Below are positions 1 through 9,162 of a stretch of 64,000 nucleotides of DNA, in pieces. Under the pieces are notes generated by a model. It saw nothing but the letters and a program-made list of their open reading frames with translations. It did not search any database and had not been told where the DNA came from. The stretch is from positions 1,184,001 through 1,248,000 of the forward strand of contig CAXXTU010000002.1 in NCBI GenBank assembly GCA_963662655.2, read 5' to 3'. The translations under genes were made by a program, and so were the position numbers. The stretch comes from Candidatus Cloacimonadales bacterium (GTDB lineage: Bacteria > Cloacimonadota > Cloacimonadia > Cloacimonadales > JAIOQZ01). Numbering within the stretch: the first letter of the stretch is position 1; every line of letters begins with the position of its first letter.

Positions 1-1
1 C

Positions 2-85
2 CGTGGTGAAATCGACGACATCCTGAGCATCGATCTCCTCGATCAGGAAGGGAATCCCGTCAGCATTCGTATATACACAGAATAG
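2..85 (+). CDS. 3' end of a hypothetical protein running in from before the window
   Basis: Open frame RGEIDDILSIDLLDQEGNPVSIRIYTE* ends at TAG 83-85; the stop overlaps the AGGAG RBS of the next small ORF. Confidence 0.55.
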   Translation, partial: RGEIDDILSIDLLDQEGNPVSIRIYTE

Positions 86-95
86 GAGTTTTCTC

Positions 96-254
96 ATGAG
101 GAATCCGATCTCTATCCTCCTGACCATGCTGAGACGTTTACGTCGTACAAAAGAGGAGCCGGCCGAGCCAGTCTCTCTCCTCTATGCTAACGACCGGCTC
201 CGTTCATCGTCCCAGATAGTGCATACCCCAAAACAGCATGAATCAATCTGGTGA
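96..254 (+). CDS. small hypothetical protein (52 aa)
   Basis: AGGAG RBS upstream of ATG 96; MRNPISILLTMLRRLRRTKEEP...HESIW*; followed by a terminator-like hairpin; absent from the supplied ORF track. Confidence 0.35.
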   Translation: MRNPISILLTMLRRLRRTKEEPAEPVSLLYANDRLRSSSQIVHTPKQHESIW

Positions 255-268
255 TTCCTCAACTCAAA

Positions 269-303
269 AGGGAGACGATTCCCCATCGTCTCCCTGATTT
301 TTT
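269..303 (+). terminator. intrinsic terminator
   Basis: AGGGAGACGAT-TCCCC-ATCGTCTCCCT 11 bp stem followed by GATTTTTT. Confidence 0.7.
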
Positions 304-323
304 ATAATATATAAATTCATGCT

Positions 324-476
324 CCGTGAGCAGGTTCGTTCGATCCGACGTGAAGGCGTGGTGTTACACTTCGTGAAGCGCGGCTCAATCGCTATGTAAC
401 AAGTTATTATCCCATTCGCGCTGAACGATGTGTTATATCCACGACGGAGCGGCGCGATCGGGCGAAGATGCCACGG
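324..476 (-). repeat. dispersed structured hairpin element, copy 1
   Basis: Reverse complement has GGCATCTTCGCCCGATC...CGTGGATATAACAC...GTGTAACACCACG...GATCGAACGAACCTGCTC, shared with 10806-10907, 46309-46449 and 46478-46600. Confidence 0.8.
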
Positions 477-548
477 GCGGATACTCCGAAACAACATTTT
501 CATTGACGATTCAACCCAATCTGCAAGGCTCACGTCGAAGGAAGTTCT

Positions 549-1403
549 ATGATCGGATATCTGAAGCTTTTCTACTATCTTGTGCGCCCGAATACGGTGT
601 TTCTGCGCCGCATATCGAAGGGTATCGGCGACAACCTCCTCCTCTCGATGCTTGCACGAAAGCTGAAAGAGAAAGACGCCTCCACGTTCATCGTGGTGGA
701 AACGCCCTACCCGGAGCTCTTCGAGAACAACCCGAACGTTGATTGGGCCATGCCGCTGCATTTCACAACCACGAAGCGCTTCATCAAGCCAAAGTACCAT
801 ATCGACCCGTCCACTCAAATCCACCTGACGCAGCAGATGCTTCGCTATATCGGCATCGACGAGAAGGGAATCCCAGAACTGTACTTGACGCGAGAGGAAA
901 TCGATGAAGCTCGCCGGCTCGTTCCTGGGAAATTCATCGCGATATGCCCGGAAGGCAAGCAAACCCACTCGGCCAACATCAAAGAGTGGGATGTGGATCG
1001 ATTCCAGAGAGTCGTTGATTTGCTTCCCGATCACCGGTTCGTCCAGATCGGGGCCAAAGGCGGTATTTTACTGGAAGGCGTTCAGGACATGCGGGGACTT
1101 CCCCTGCGCGAGAGCGCCGCGATCATGGCGAACGCCGATCTCTTCGTCGGTCTCGAAGGCGGCCTCATGCACATGTCCAGGGCGGTAGGAACACGGTCCG
1201 TCGTTATCTACGGCGGCTTTATCCATCCACGCGTTTCGGCCTACGATAACGATATCGTCATCTATATTGGCGTGGATTGCTCGCCCTGCTTCACATCGGA
1301 TGTCCCGAACAGACACTGCGATCACAAGAAATGCATGACGGCTATCTCTCCGGAGATGGTCATTGATTCAATCCGAATGGAGCTTGATTCAGGAACGCAA
1401 TAA
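549..1403 (+). CDS. glycosyltransferase family 9 (heptosyltransferase-like)
   Basis: GIGDNLL, LFENNPNVD, KEW, ADLFVGLEGGLMHMSRAVG and C-terminal CSPC...C...C motifs typical of GT9. Confidence 0.85.
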   Translation: MIGYLKLFYYLVRPNTVFLRRISKGIGDNLLLSMLARKLKEKDASTFIVVETPYPELFENNPNVDWAMPLHFTTTKRFIKPKYHIDPSTQIHLTQQMLRYIGIDEKGIPELYLTREEIDEARRLVPGKFIAICPEGKQTHSANIKEWDVDRFQRVVDLLPDHRFVQIGAKGGILLEGVQDMRGLPLRESAAIMANADLFVGLEGGLMHMSRAVGTRSVVIYGGFIHPRVSAYDNDIVIYIGVDCSPCFTSDVPNRHCDHKKCMTAISPEMVIDSIRMELDSGTQ

Positions 1404-1417
1404 CTACCGTTGGCAGG

Positions 1418-2344
1418 TTAAATCTTTTCCAGAATCTTTCGGACCGTATTGTATCGAGTGCGATACTTCGCCCTCTTCCCCGAACTGCCGTGTATCATTT
1501 TTGTGTAGAATTGAAGCGACTTCCATGAGAACACCAGGCGTAGGAGCATCCGAATCAGGCTGTGGCGATGGAAATGATGTTTTTTTATATAATGTAGAGC
1601 GCTCTCCTTCTCAGCTACCTTGAAGATGTCGTACTCTCCTACAGGAAGCGAATCCCGCGTTGCGCAATGCTTGTGAAGCGCTTTGTACTGAGGAAACCAG
1701 TGGTTATGCTTCCCGGTAACATCGCGAACCATCTTGCACAGATCAACATCCTCGTAATACATGAAGATGCCGTCATCGAATCCCCCGACTCGATCGAAAT
1801 CGACTTTTCGTATCAGCATCAAAGCGCCCGTTACCCAATCCACAACGATTTCACGTTGATAATCCGTCCTGTAATTCGCGTACCTGCGACAGTATTTCGA
1901 GGGTATCTTCTTGCACAGGGGGATTTCATTCGCGACAACGAGCATTGGTGGCGGGAAGAAGGAGAAGGTCTTTTGCGACGATCCGTCGGGCAATACCAGT
2001 TTGGTACCGGAAATCCCCGCGTTGAGCTGTTTGTGCTTCTCGATAAGCTCCGCCAGGAAATCCTCCTGGATGATGATGTCCGAATTCAGGATAAGAAGAA
2101 AATCCCCCTCGGCGTGCCTCACCCCGAGGTTCATTGCACGCCCATAGCCGAGATTCTCCGCGGATTCAATGACCTGCACTCCGCTGAACGGATCTCGTAT
2201 CCTCCGCACCGAGTCGTCCCCCGATGCGTTATCCACGACGATGATCTCGCTGGAAATCGAATGGATGTTCTCTAGAATGCTGGCGATGCATTCGCAAGTC
2301 ATCTCCGGTGTACGGTAGTTTACAATAATAATCGATACTTCCAT
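1418..2344 (-). CDS. glycosyltransferase family 2
   Basis: VSIIIVNY, IIVVDNAS, NLGYGRAMNLG, LNSD, GFDDGIFMYYEDVDLC; start placed at MEVSII. Confidence 0.9.
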   Translation of the reverse strand: MEVSIIIVNYRTPEMTCECIASILENIHSISSEIIVVDNASGDDSVRRIRDPFSGVQVIESAENLGYGRAMNLGVRHAEGDFLLILNSDIIIQEDFLAELIEKHKQLNAGISGTKLVLPDGSSQKTFSFFPPPMLVVANEIPLCKKIPSKYCRRYANYRTDYQREIVVDWVTGALMLIRKVDFDRVGGFDDGIFMYYEDVDLCKMVRDVTGKHNHWFPQYKALHKHCATRDSLPVGEYDIFKVAEKESALHYIKKHHFHRHSLIRMLLRLVFSWKSLQFYTKMIHGSSGKRAKYRTRYNTVRKILEKI

Positions 2345-2648
2345 GGGGCAATGAGCGGAGCTCAAATATTTTTGTCAACTCTGATCTGATGCATGAACGG
2401 AAACGATAAATCCCGCTTCTGAGTCATACTGTTTCTCATAGCAGATACCTCCAGACGCAATTTCAGCTCTAAATGCTTCGTCTAGCCCGAGATAAATCTT
2501 TTTGCACATGAGAAACTATATATACGGGATTCCCGGACATCGGTTTTATATCCGGGAAATCATTGACAATTGATCCTTGTTATGCTCGTGTTGTGAATGT
2601 GTGTAATTCTCGAATTCACATCTGACTACACGATAATGAGGTACATTT

Positions 2649-2876
2649 ATGCCAGGATTCGAACCCGTCACACTCGATCAATGGATCGAAGATATCCTTC
2701 GGAAATACCCTGATTCACAGGATTTCCTGAGCAAGCGTGGGATCGTTTGCGTTATGTGCGGAGAGCCTGTTTGGGGTTCTCTGGATGAGCAGATGGATGA
2801 GAAAGGTTTCGACGACGCAAAGAAAAAACAACTTCTAGAATCGCTCAATGAATTCCTTGAAATCCAAAAAGGATAG
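2649..2876 (+). CDS. small DUF1858-like CxxC protein
   Basis: 75 aa; IEDILRKYP...FLSKRGIVCVMCGE resembles the DUF1858 family; GAGG RBS. Confidence 0.65.
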   Translation: MPGFEPVTLDQWIEDILRKYPDSQDFLSKRGIVCVMCGEPVWGSLDEQMDEKGFDDAKKKQLLESLNEFLEIQKG

Positions 2877-3030
2877 GTTTAAAGTTCGTAAAGAAATAAA
2901 TTGTGGTTGACACGTGTTGTGATTCATGACTATTATGACCAGTTATTTCTGTTTTTTAACGAAGTAGCGCGATTATAATAAAATACAATCTGCGCGAAAT
3001 CCGCATTTCCCGCAGTGAAGGAGGATGTGA

Positions 3031-4323
3031 ATGCTTGAAATGCAGATCGAGAAAATGCATCAGGCTCACAAGATTGTTGCCGACGCTCCCTTCGAAATTG
3101 TGCAGTTGAATCGCGGTTATGCCAATCGCACATTGCACATTGACATCAGTTCGAACACAATTGAAACCAAGCCCGTTACCCAGCAGATGAAAGACCTTTG
3201 GATCGGTGGGAAAGGATTCGACCTTTGGCTCACCTTTCAGTTAATCAACAGGGATACCAAATGGGACAGCCCTGAAAATCCCCTGTGCTTCAGCTCGGGG
3301 CCGCTTGGTGGCACAACTTCATTCCCGGGTTCTGGTAAAACCATTGCCACGACGATCTCACCTCTCACCCACTCAATGATGGACTGCAACGTCGGTGGAT
3401 ATTTCGGACCCTACCTGAAATTTGCAGGATTCGACGCGTTGAGCGTAGCCGGAAAGGCCGATGAGGAAACCATCGTTGTCATCGATGCCGTGAAAGCGCG
3501 CATCACCATCGAGCAAGCGCCGATGGAAAGCGTCGATTCACATCTCCTTGCGGAAGAGCTTACAGAAATGTACGCCGACGACGAGCTGGACAAGCGAAAC
3601 ATCGCCATCATCTCGGCAGGTCGCGGCGCTCAGCATAGCCGTATGGGCGTTCTCAATTTTTCATTTTACGACTGGCGTCGTCGCGTGGCTCGTCTCAAAC
3701 AAGCCGGCCGCGGCGGTTTGGGAACCGTGTTCCGCGATAAAAAACTCAAAGCGATCGTTATCAAGAATCGCGGGATTACACCTGCGTGGCGCGTGCACGA
3801 AAGCAAGGCCGCCCTCAAGATGCGCCCGAAAGAGCTCAAGAAGGTTCCCGACGAAAAGATGCACACCATCTGCGACATCATCGCCAAGTGGAACCGCGAT
3901 CCCGAGTACGTCATCGAGATGATGCAGGACATACAGAACGAGTTCCGCTGTATACCGCAGGCTGCGATCGACGAGCTGACCGCGCAGACGGGAACGCCCC
4001 GTTCCTGGCTCTATCATATCGCTACATTCTATAAAGCTTTCAGTCTGGAAGAAAAAGGCGAAACCATCATCCAGGTCTGTATGGGAACCGCATGCCACGT
4101 GAAAGGCTCCGCGAAGATTCTCGATGAATTCGAGCGCGAGTTGGGCTGCCCCGTGGGCGGAACGACCGAAGACCGCAAGTTCAGCCTGGAAGGCGTTGCC
4201 TGCCTGGGAGCGTGCTCCATCGCGCCGGTGGTGAAAATCGGCGAGGAAGTTCACGGCGGCGTGCAGGTCAAGGACGTCAGGAAACTGATCGAACAAGCCA
4301 AGAAGGAGAAGAACCATGCGTAA
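3031..4323 (+). CDS. fusion of the AOR N-terminal domain and a NuoE/HydC-like [2Fe-2S] subunit
   Basis: aa ~25-250 resemble AFOR_N (WIGGKG, GPLGG, SPLT, NVGGYFGPYLKFAGFD, AGRGGLGTVFRDKKLKAIV); C-terminal part has IATFYKAFSL and CMGTAC...CLGAC; AAGGAGG RBS. Confidence 0.88.
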   Translation: MLEMQIEKMHQAHKIVADAPFEIVQLNRGYANRTLHIDISSNTIETKPVTQQMKDLWIGGKGFDLWLTFQLINRDTKWDSPENPLCFSSGPLGGTTSFPGSGKTIATTISPLTHSMMDCNVGGYFGPYLKFAGFDALSVAGKADEETIVVIDAVKARITIEQAPMESVDSHLLAEELTEMYADDELDKRNIAIISAGRGAQHSRMGVLNFSFYDWRRRVARLKQAGRGGLGTVFRDKKLKAIVIKNRGITPAWRVHESKAALKMRPKELKKVPDEKMHTICDIIAKWNRDPEYVIEMMQDIQNEFRCIPQAAIDELTAQTGTPRSWLYHIATFYKAFSLEEKGETIIQVCMGTACHVKGSAKILDEFERELGCPVGGTTEDRKFSLEGVACLGACSIAPVVKIGEEVHGGVQVKDVRKLIEQAKKEKNHA

Positions 4324-6196
4324 ACTCTCACCCCATGATATTCCTCGCATCGCCGGTGAAGAGAAAGCACGTCAGGCAGCCTGGAAAGGCATGCTGATGG
4401 TATGTACGGGAACCGGCTGCGTTTCCGCGCATGGCTTCGATATTCTTCACGCGCTCCAGAAAGAGATTAAGGACGCCGGACTGGATAACGAGTGGGTCGC
4501 AGTGGGAACCGGATGTAACGGTTTCTGCGCAGCGGGTCCCATCGTCGTGGTCCAGCCGCAGGGCGTGTTCTATCAGAAAGTGAAAATCGAAGATACAAAG
4601 ACGATCGTCGATGAGCACCTCAAGGGCGGAAGTCCCGTTGAAAAGCTCCTGTTCAAGGATCCGGTCAGCGGAGTTGTCGCTCAAACGATGGACGAGATCG
4701 GCTTCTTCCGTAAACAAGAGCTGATCGCGCTTCGCAACAAAGGTCTCATCGATCCCGAGAATATACAACACTATATCGCGCGGGGCGGATACGACGCATT
4801 GCGCAAAATCCTCGAACGCCAGGAGCCGGAGGCCGTGATCGATGAAATCATCGCCTCGGGAATCCGCGGACGCGGCGGCGGCGGCTTCCCCTCCGGAATC
4901 AAATGGAGATCGGGTCGCAAGGCAGCCGAAGATCGCAACGAGGAAATCTACGTGGTTTGTAACGCCGACGAAGGCGATCCGGGTGCGTACATGGATCGCA
5001 GCATCATCGAGACCGACCCGCACTCCGTAATCGAAGGTATGCTGATCGGCGGTTTCGCCGTTGGAGCGAAGGAAGGCTTCGTCTACATGCGCAAGGAATA
5101 CCCGCTGGCCATGGATCGTCTGCACATCGCGATCGACCAGGCAAGGGAGGCGGGTCTTCTGGGTGAAAACATCCTCGGCACAAGTTTCTCGTTCGACATC
5201 CGCGTTCACCGCGGCGCAGGCGCGTTCGTCTGTGGCGAATCGACCGCGCTCATGGCATCGATGTCCGGTCGTGCGGGTGAACCGCGTGCGAAATACGTAC
5301 ACAATGTGGAATATGGATATAGAGATAAACCGACCGTCCTGAACAACGTCGAGACCTGGGCGAACATCCCCGTCATTATCGAAAAGGGAGCTCAGTGGTT
5401 CGCGAGTATCGGCTCGGGCGACGTGAGCGAAAGTCCGTGGGGCGGCTCCAGCGGCGCGAAGGTATTCTCGCTGGTGGGAGACATCCGCAACACGGGGCTC
5501 GTGGAAGCGCCAATGGGAATATCGCTTCGTGAGATCATTGAGGATATCGGCGGCGGTATCCCTAACGGACGGCAGTTCAAAGCCGTGCAGACGGGCGGAC
5601 CGAGCGGCGGCTGTATCCCCGCTTCCATGTTGGACATGCCGGTCGATTTCGATTCACTTACCGAAGCCGGCTCCATGATGGGCTCCGGCGGTATGATCGT
5701 GATGGACGACCACACCTGCATGGTGGACGTAGCGCGCTACTTCGTCGATTTTCTCGTCGATGAGAGCTGCGGAAAGTGCACGCCGTGTCGCGAGGGACTC
5801 TACCACATGCGAAACATCCTTCAGCGCATCTGCGACGGCGAAGGAAAAGAGAGCGACATCGATACCCTGGAAGAGCTGGCGAACACCATTCGCGAAACCA
5901 GCCTCTGCCAGCTAGGCGCGAGTGCGCCCAATCCTGTGCTTTCCACGCTGCGCTACTTCCGCGATGAATACGAAGAACACATCCGTGACAGGAAATGCCG
6001 CGCCGGCGTTTGTAAAGCGCTGATCCGCTACGAAATCAACGACAAGTGTATCGGTTGTACCGCGTGCGCGAGGGCCTGCCCGGTCAACGCGATTACCGGT
6101 GAAACCAAAAAGCTGCACGTTATCGACGCGGAGGCCTGCATCAAGTGCGGCATCTGCTACGAAACCTGTAAATTCGGCGCTGTGGAGGTGAAGTAA
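4316..6196 (+). CDS. NuoF/HydB-like FMN/NADH-binding subunit (electron-bifurcating BfuB-type)
   Basis: N-terminal CTGTGC..CNGFC 2Fe-2S domain, GRGGGGFP, NADEGDPG, GAGAFVCGE, ESCGKCTPCREG, H..CRAGVC and two C-terminal CxxCxxCxxxC motifs. Confidence 0.92.
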   Translation: MRKLSPHDIPRIAGEEKARQAAWKGMLMVCTGTGCVSAHGFDILHALQKEIKDAGLDNEWVAVGTGCNGFCAAGPIVVVQPQGVFYQKVKIEDTKTIVDEHLKGGSPVEKLLFKDPVSGVVAQTMDEIGFFRKQELIALRNKGLIDPENIQHYIARGGYDALRKILERQEPEAVIDEIIASGIRGRGGGGFPSGIKWRSGRKAAEDRNEEIYVVCNADEGDPGAYMDRSIIETDPHSVIEGMLIGGFAVGAKEGFVYMRKEYPLAMDRLHIAIDQAREAGLLGENILGTSFSFDIRVHRGAGAFVCGESTALMASMSGRAGEPRAKYVHNVEYGYRDKPTVLNNVETWANIPVIIEKGAQWFASIGSGDVSESPWGGSSGAKVFSLVGDIRNTGLVEAPMGISLREIIEDIGGGIPNGRQFKAVQTGGPSGGCIPASMLDMPVDFDSLTEAGSMMGSGGMIVMDDHTCMVDVARYFVDFLVDESCGKCTPCREGLYHMRNILQRICDGEGKESDIDTLEELANTIRETSLCQLGASAPNPVLSTLRYFRDEYEEHIRDRKCRAGVCKALIRYEINDKCIGCTACARACPVNAITGETKKLHVIDAEACIKCGICYETCKFGAVEVK

Positions 6197-8187
6197 TGGA
6201 AAAGGTCAATATCATCATCAACGGCAAAGAAGTAACCGTCCCGAAAGATACCTACCTGCTCAAGGCGATGCAGAACGAGGGAATCACCGTTCCGACGCTG
6301 TGCCACCACAAGGATCTTACTCCTTCCGGCACGTGCCGTCTCTGCGTGGTCGAGATCGAGCAGAACGGGAAAAAGAAAATCGTTACGAGTTGCAACTATC
6401 CGGTTCGCAGCGAGATAAAAGTAGAAACCGATAGCGAGCGGATCAAGCAGCATCGCAAGATACTGGCGGAACTCTACCTCGGTCGCTGGCCCAACGTGCC
6501 GGTGATCAAAGATATCGCCAAACGCTGCGGTGTTTCGGAGAGCCGTTTCACGAGTGAAATGACCGAAGAGAGCGAGAAGGCTTGCATCCTCTGTACACAT
6601 TGCGTACGCGGCTGCCACGAGTTCATCATGGAAGACATCCTCGATTTCGCCGGACGCGGAATCAAGCGCCACCTGACGATGCCATTCGGTGAAGTCGATC
6701 CGCATTGCATCGGCTGCACGAGTTGCGCATACGTCTGCCCCACCGGAGCGATCGAGGTGGTTGACGATCTCCAGAATCCGGTCAATCCGCAATTGATCCG
6801 TGATTACGGAATGCGCATCAACGCCGAGATGGCTACGCTGGACAAGAACCAGTGCCGCATGCGCGAAGTCGGAACCGCAAACATCGTCGATGTCATGGAC
6901 GCTTACGATCTGCTACCGGTGCACAACTATAAGTTCGGCAAGCATGAGAATACCAAGAATATCGATTCGAAAATGCTGAAGAAGAAGTATTTCACCCAGC
7001 AAATGCCGGATGGTTGCTGGAAAGGCTGTTCGATGGCGTGCGCCAAGACGGTGGATGGCTTCGAGCTGAAGACTGGCCCCTACAAAGGCGAGAAAGTATG
7101 TGTGGATGGACCGGAATACGAAACCGCAGCCGGCGCTGCCAACATGGGCTGTTTCGATGCCGACTTCCTGGTGGAATTCAACTTCTACTGCGATACATAC
7201 GGTGTGGACACCATCTCCATGGCTACCTGTACCGCCTTCGTGATGGAAGCATTCGAAGCAGGCCAGATCACGACCGAGCACACGGGCGGTCTCGTCCTCA
7301 ACTTCGGGGCCACGGACGCTGTCCTCGAAATGTTACACCAGATGGCTCGCGGAGAAGGGTTCGGCGTGGACGTCGGACAGGGTATCCGCTGGCTGAAGAA
7401 TAAGTGGGCCAAAGAATACGGAGCCGACGGCGATTTCCTTCAGGACATCGGTATGGAGATCAAGGGCCTGGAATATTCCGAGTATGTCTGCAAGGAATCT
7501 CTCGCACAGCAGGTGGGATATTCAGCCGCAGTAAAAGGTCCTCAGCACGACGAGGCTTGGCTGATCTTCATGGACATGGTCAACAACCAGATTCCGACCT
7601 TCGAGAACAAAGCGGAAGCGCTCTATTACTACCCGCTCTGGCGCACATGGTTTGGCTTGCTCGGCCTCTGTAAGCTCGTCTGGAACGATGTCGTTCCTCT
7701 CGATAACAGCAAGTTTCCGCCTCCGGTCGCAGCTAAGGTTCCCGGCCATGTGGAAGACTTCTTCAAGTTCTTCGAAGGTATGACGGGAATACCGCTGGAT
7801 GAGGAGAAGATGCTGGCGCAATCGGCTCGCGTCCACAACCTCCAGCGAATTATGTCTCGCATGCTGGGCTACGGAACGCGTAAGGACGATATACCGCCTT
7901 ACCGCGCTGTTGGCCCGGTGACCGAGGAAGAATTTCTCTCGCGTCAGGAGCGGTTCGACAAACAGCTCAAGGAATTGCTGGGACTCGATCCGGAGAAAAT
8001 GCAGCTCGATGAGAAACGTAAAGTACTGCGAGAGTATCGCTATCAACAATACAACAAAGCGCTCGATGCCGCTTACGAAAGACGTGGATGGACCCGGGAT
8101 GGCGTTCCGAAAGTCGAGCGTCTCAAGGAACTCGGTATCGATCTGCCGGAGCTGATTGCCATTATCCAGAATGATCAATCCGCATGA
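6196..8187 (+). CDS. fusion of a NuoG/HydA-like N-terminal Fe-S domain and the AOR C-terminal domains
   Basis: PTLCH..GTCRLCVVE..TSC 2Fe-2S, CILCTHCVRGC, CIGCTSCAYVCP; then AOR motifs CWKGCSMAC, DGPEYE, CDTYGVDTIS, KGLE, YERRGWTRDGVP. Confidence 0.88.
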   Translation: MEKVNIIINGKEVTVPKDTYLLKAMQNEGITVPTLCHHKDLTPSGTCRLCVVEIEQNGKKKIVTSCNYPVRSEIKVETDSERIKQHRKILAELYLGRWPNVPVIKDIAKRCGVSESRFTSEMTEESEKACILCTHCVRGCHEFIMEDILDFAGRGIKRHLTMPFGEVDPHCIGCTSCAYVCPTGAIEVVDDLQNPVNPQLIRDYGMRINAEMATLDKNQCRMREVGTANIVDVMDAYDLLPVHNYKFGKHENTKNIDSKMLKKKYFTQQMPDGCWKGCSMACAKTVDGFELKTGPYKGEKVCVDGPEYETAAGAANMGCFDADFLVEFNFYCDTYGVDTISMATCTAFVMEAFEAGQITTEHTGGLVLNFGATDAVLEMLHQMARGEGFGVDVGQGIRWLKNKWAKEYGADGDFLQDIGMEIKGLEYSEYVCKESLAQQVGYSAAVKGPQHDEAWLIFMDMVNNQIPTFENKAEALYYYPLWRTWFGLLGLCKLVWNDVVPLDNSKFPPPVAAKVPGHVEDFFKFFEGMTGIPLDEEKMLAQSARVHNLQRIMSRMLGYGTRKDDIPPYRAVGPVTEEEFLSRQERFDKQLKELLGLDPEKMQLDEKRKVLREYRYQQYNKALDAAYERRGWTRDGVPKVERLKELGIDLPELIAIIQNDQSA

Positions 8188-8800
8188 GCTTTTCGCCCGT
8201 AACGTGCCCGGATCCACCGAAGCGCTTCAAAACGCTGCGGTGGGTCTGGCCGGTTGCGGCGGATTGGGCTCTAATGTTGCCGTCGCCCTGGCGAGAGCCG
8301 GGATCGGAAAGCTGATCCTCGCCGATTACGATCGCGTTGAATTAAGCAATTTAAATCGGCAACACTATTTTCTTTCCGATGTGGGAAAGTACAAGACAGA
8401 AGCTCTGTCAGACCATTTGAGGAACATCAACCCGCAAATAAAAATCGAACTTTTCATAAAAAAACTTGCGCCTGCCGATATAATCACAATTTTTGGTCAA
8501 GCTGACGTTCTGATCGAAGCATTCGACAGAGCGGAAGCGAAGCAGTGGTTGATTGAGACATGGAGCAAGGCCTTTCCCAGCAGACCGATTATCGTTGGTA
8601 ACGGACTTGCCGGCTTGGGTGCAACAGAATCGCTTATCGTCCGTAGAATGGGACATATCTGGTTTTGCGGCGACGGCTTCAGCGACGCGAATATCGGGCT
8701 TTCAGCTCCACGCGTCGGGATCGTGGCGATGATGCAAGCGAATGTCGCAATCGAACTTCTTGGAAAGGAATCTCATGATACTGGTCAACGACCGAGATGA
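8171..8800 (+). CDS. ThiF/MoeB-family sulfur-carrier adenylyltransferase
   Basis: GCGGLGSN, ADYDRVELSNLNRQ, EAFDRAEAK; overlaps the previous stop; start at MINPHE. Confidence 0.88.
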   Translation: MINPHELFARNVPGSTEALQNAAVGLAGCGGLGSNVAVALARAGIGKLILADYDRVELSNLNRQHYFLSDVGKYKTEALSDHLRNINPQIKIELFIKKLAPADIITIFGQADVLIEAFDRAEAKQWLIETWSKAFPSRPIIVGNGLAGLGATESLIVRRMGHIWFCGDGFSDANIGLSAPRVGIVAMMQANVAIELLGKESHDTGQRPR

Positions 8801-8975
8801 AGTTAGGTTTCACGAAGGTATAACCGTACGGGAAGTTCTGGACGCGATGGGCTATGATTGGGCATTATTGACCGTAACAGTCAACGAAACATTTGTCCCT
8901 CCGGAAGAATATCGCGCCTATGTCGTTCCCGACAACGCCGATTTCAAGGCGATGCATCTGTTCCATGGCGGATGA
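8775..8975 (+). CDS. ThiS/MoaD-family sulfur carrier protein
   Basis: 66 aa ubiquitin-like protein ending in GG (LFHGG); AAGGA RBS. Confidence 0.88.
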   Translation: MILVNDRDEVRFHEGITVREVLDAMGYDWALLTVTVNETFVPPEEYRAYVVPDNADFKAMHLFHGG

Positions 8976-9162
8976 TCTAACGATCGTCTTCGTTGGGTTA
9001 GTTGAACTCAAATGAAAAAAAGACTGAATATTAAGATTATCAATCGTAATCCACGATTCAATGCGCATTTTATGAGCGTTTTCGCCAACGAATAACGAAC
9101 ACATCCTGTATTTCTACAAATCAATCTGACACTATAAATCTATCTACATGGAGGAAAACACT

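Noticed and set aside
324..476. Hairpin family as integron attC sites or a CRISPR array
   Set aside because: No paired RYYYAAC/GTTRRRY ends, integrase or cassette array; the copies are dispersed, not regularly spaced with spacers
2560..2940. Rex operator or Moco/Wco riboswitch upstream of the AOR operon
   Set aside because: Only TTGTGA half-sites without the matching TCACAA at the right spacing; no riboswitch fold I can support by eye
3031..8187. [FeFe]-hydrogenase, formate dehydrogenase or respiratory complex I (nuoEFG)
   Set aside because: No H-cluster motifs, no FDH-type molybdopterin domain and no membrane nuo genes; the catalytic parts are AOR-type
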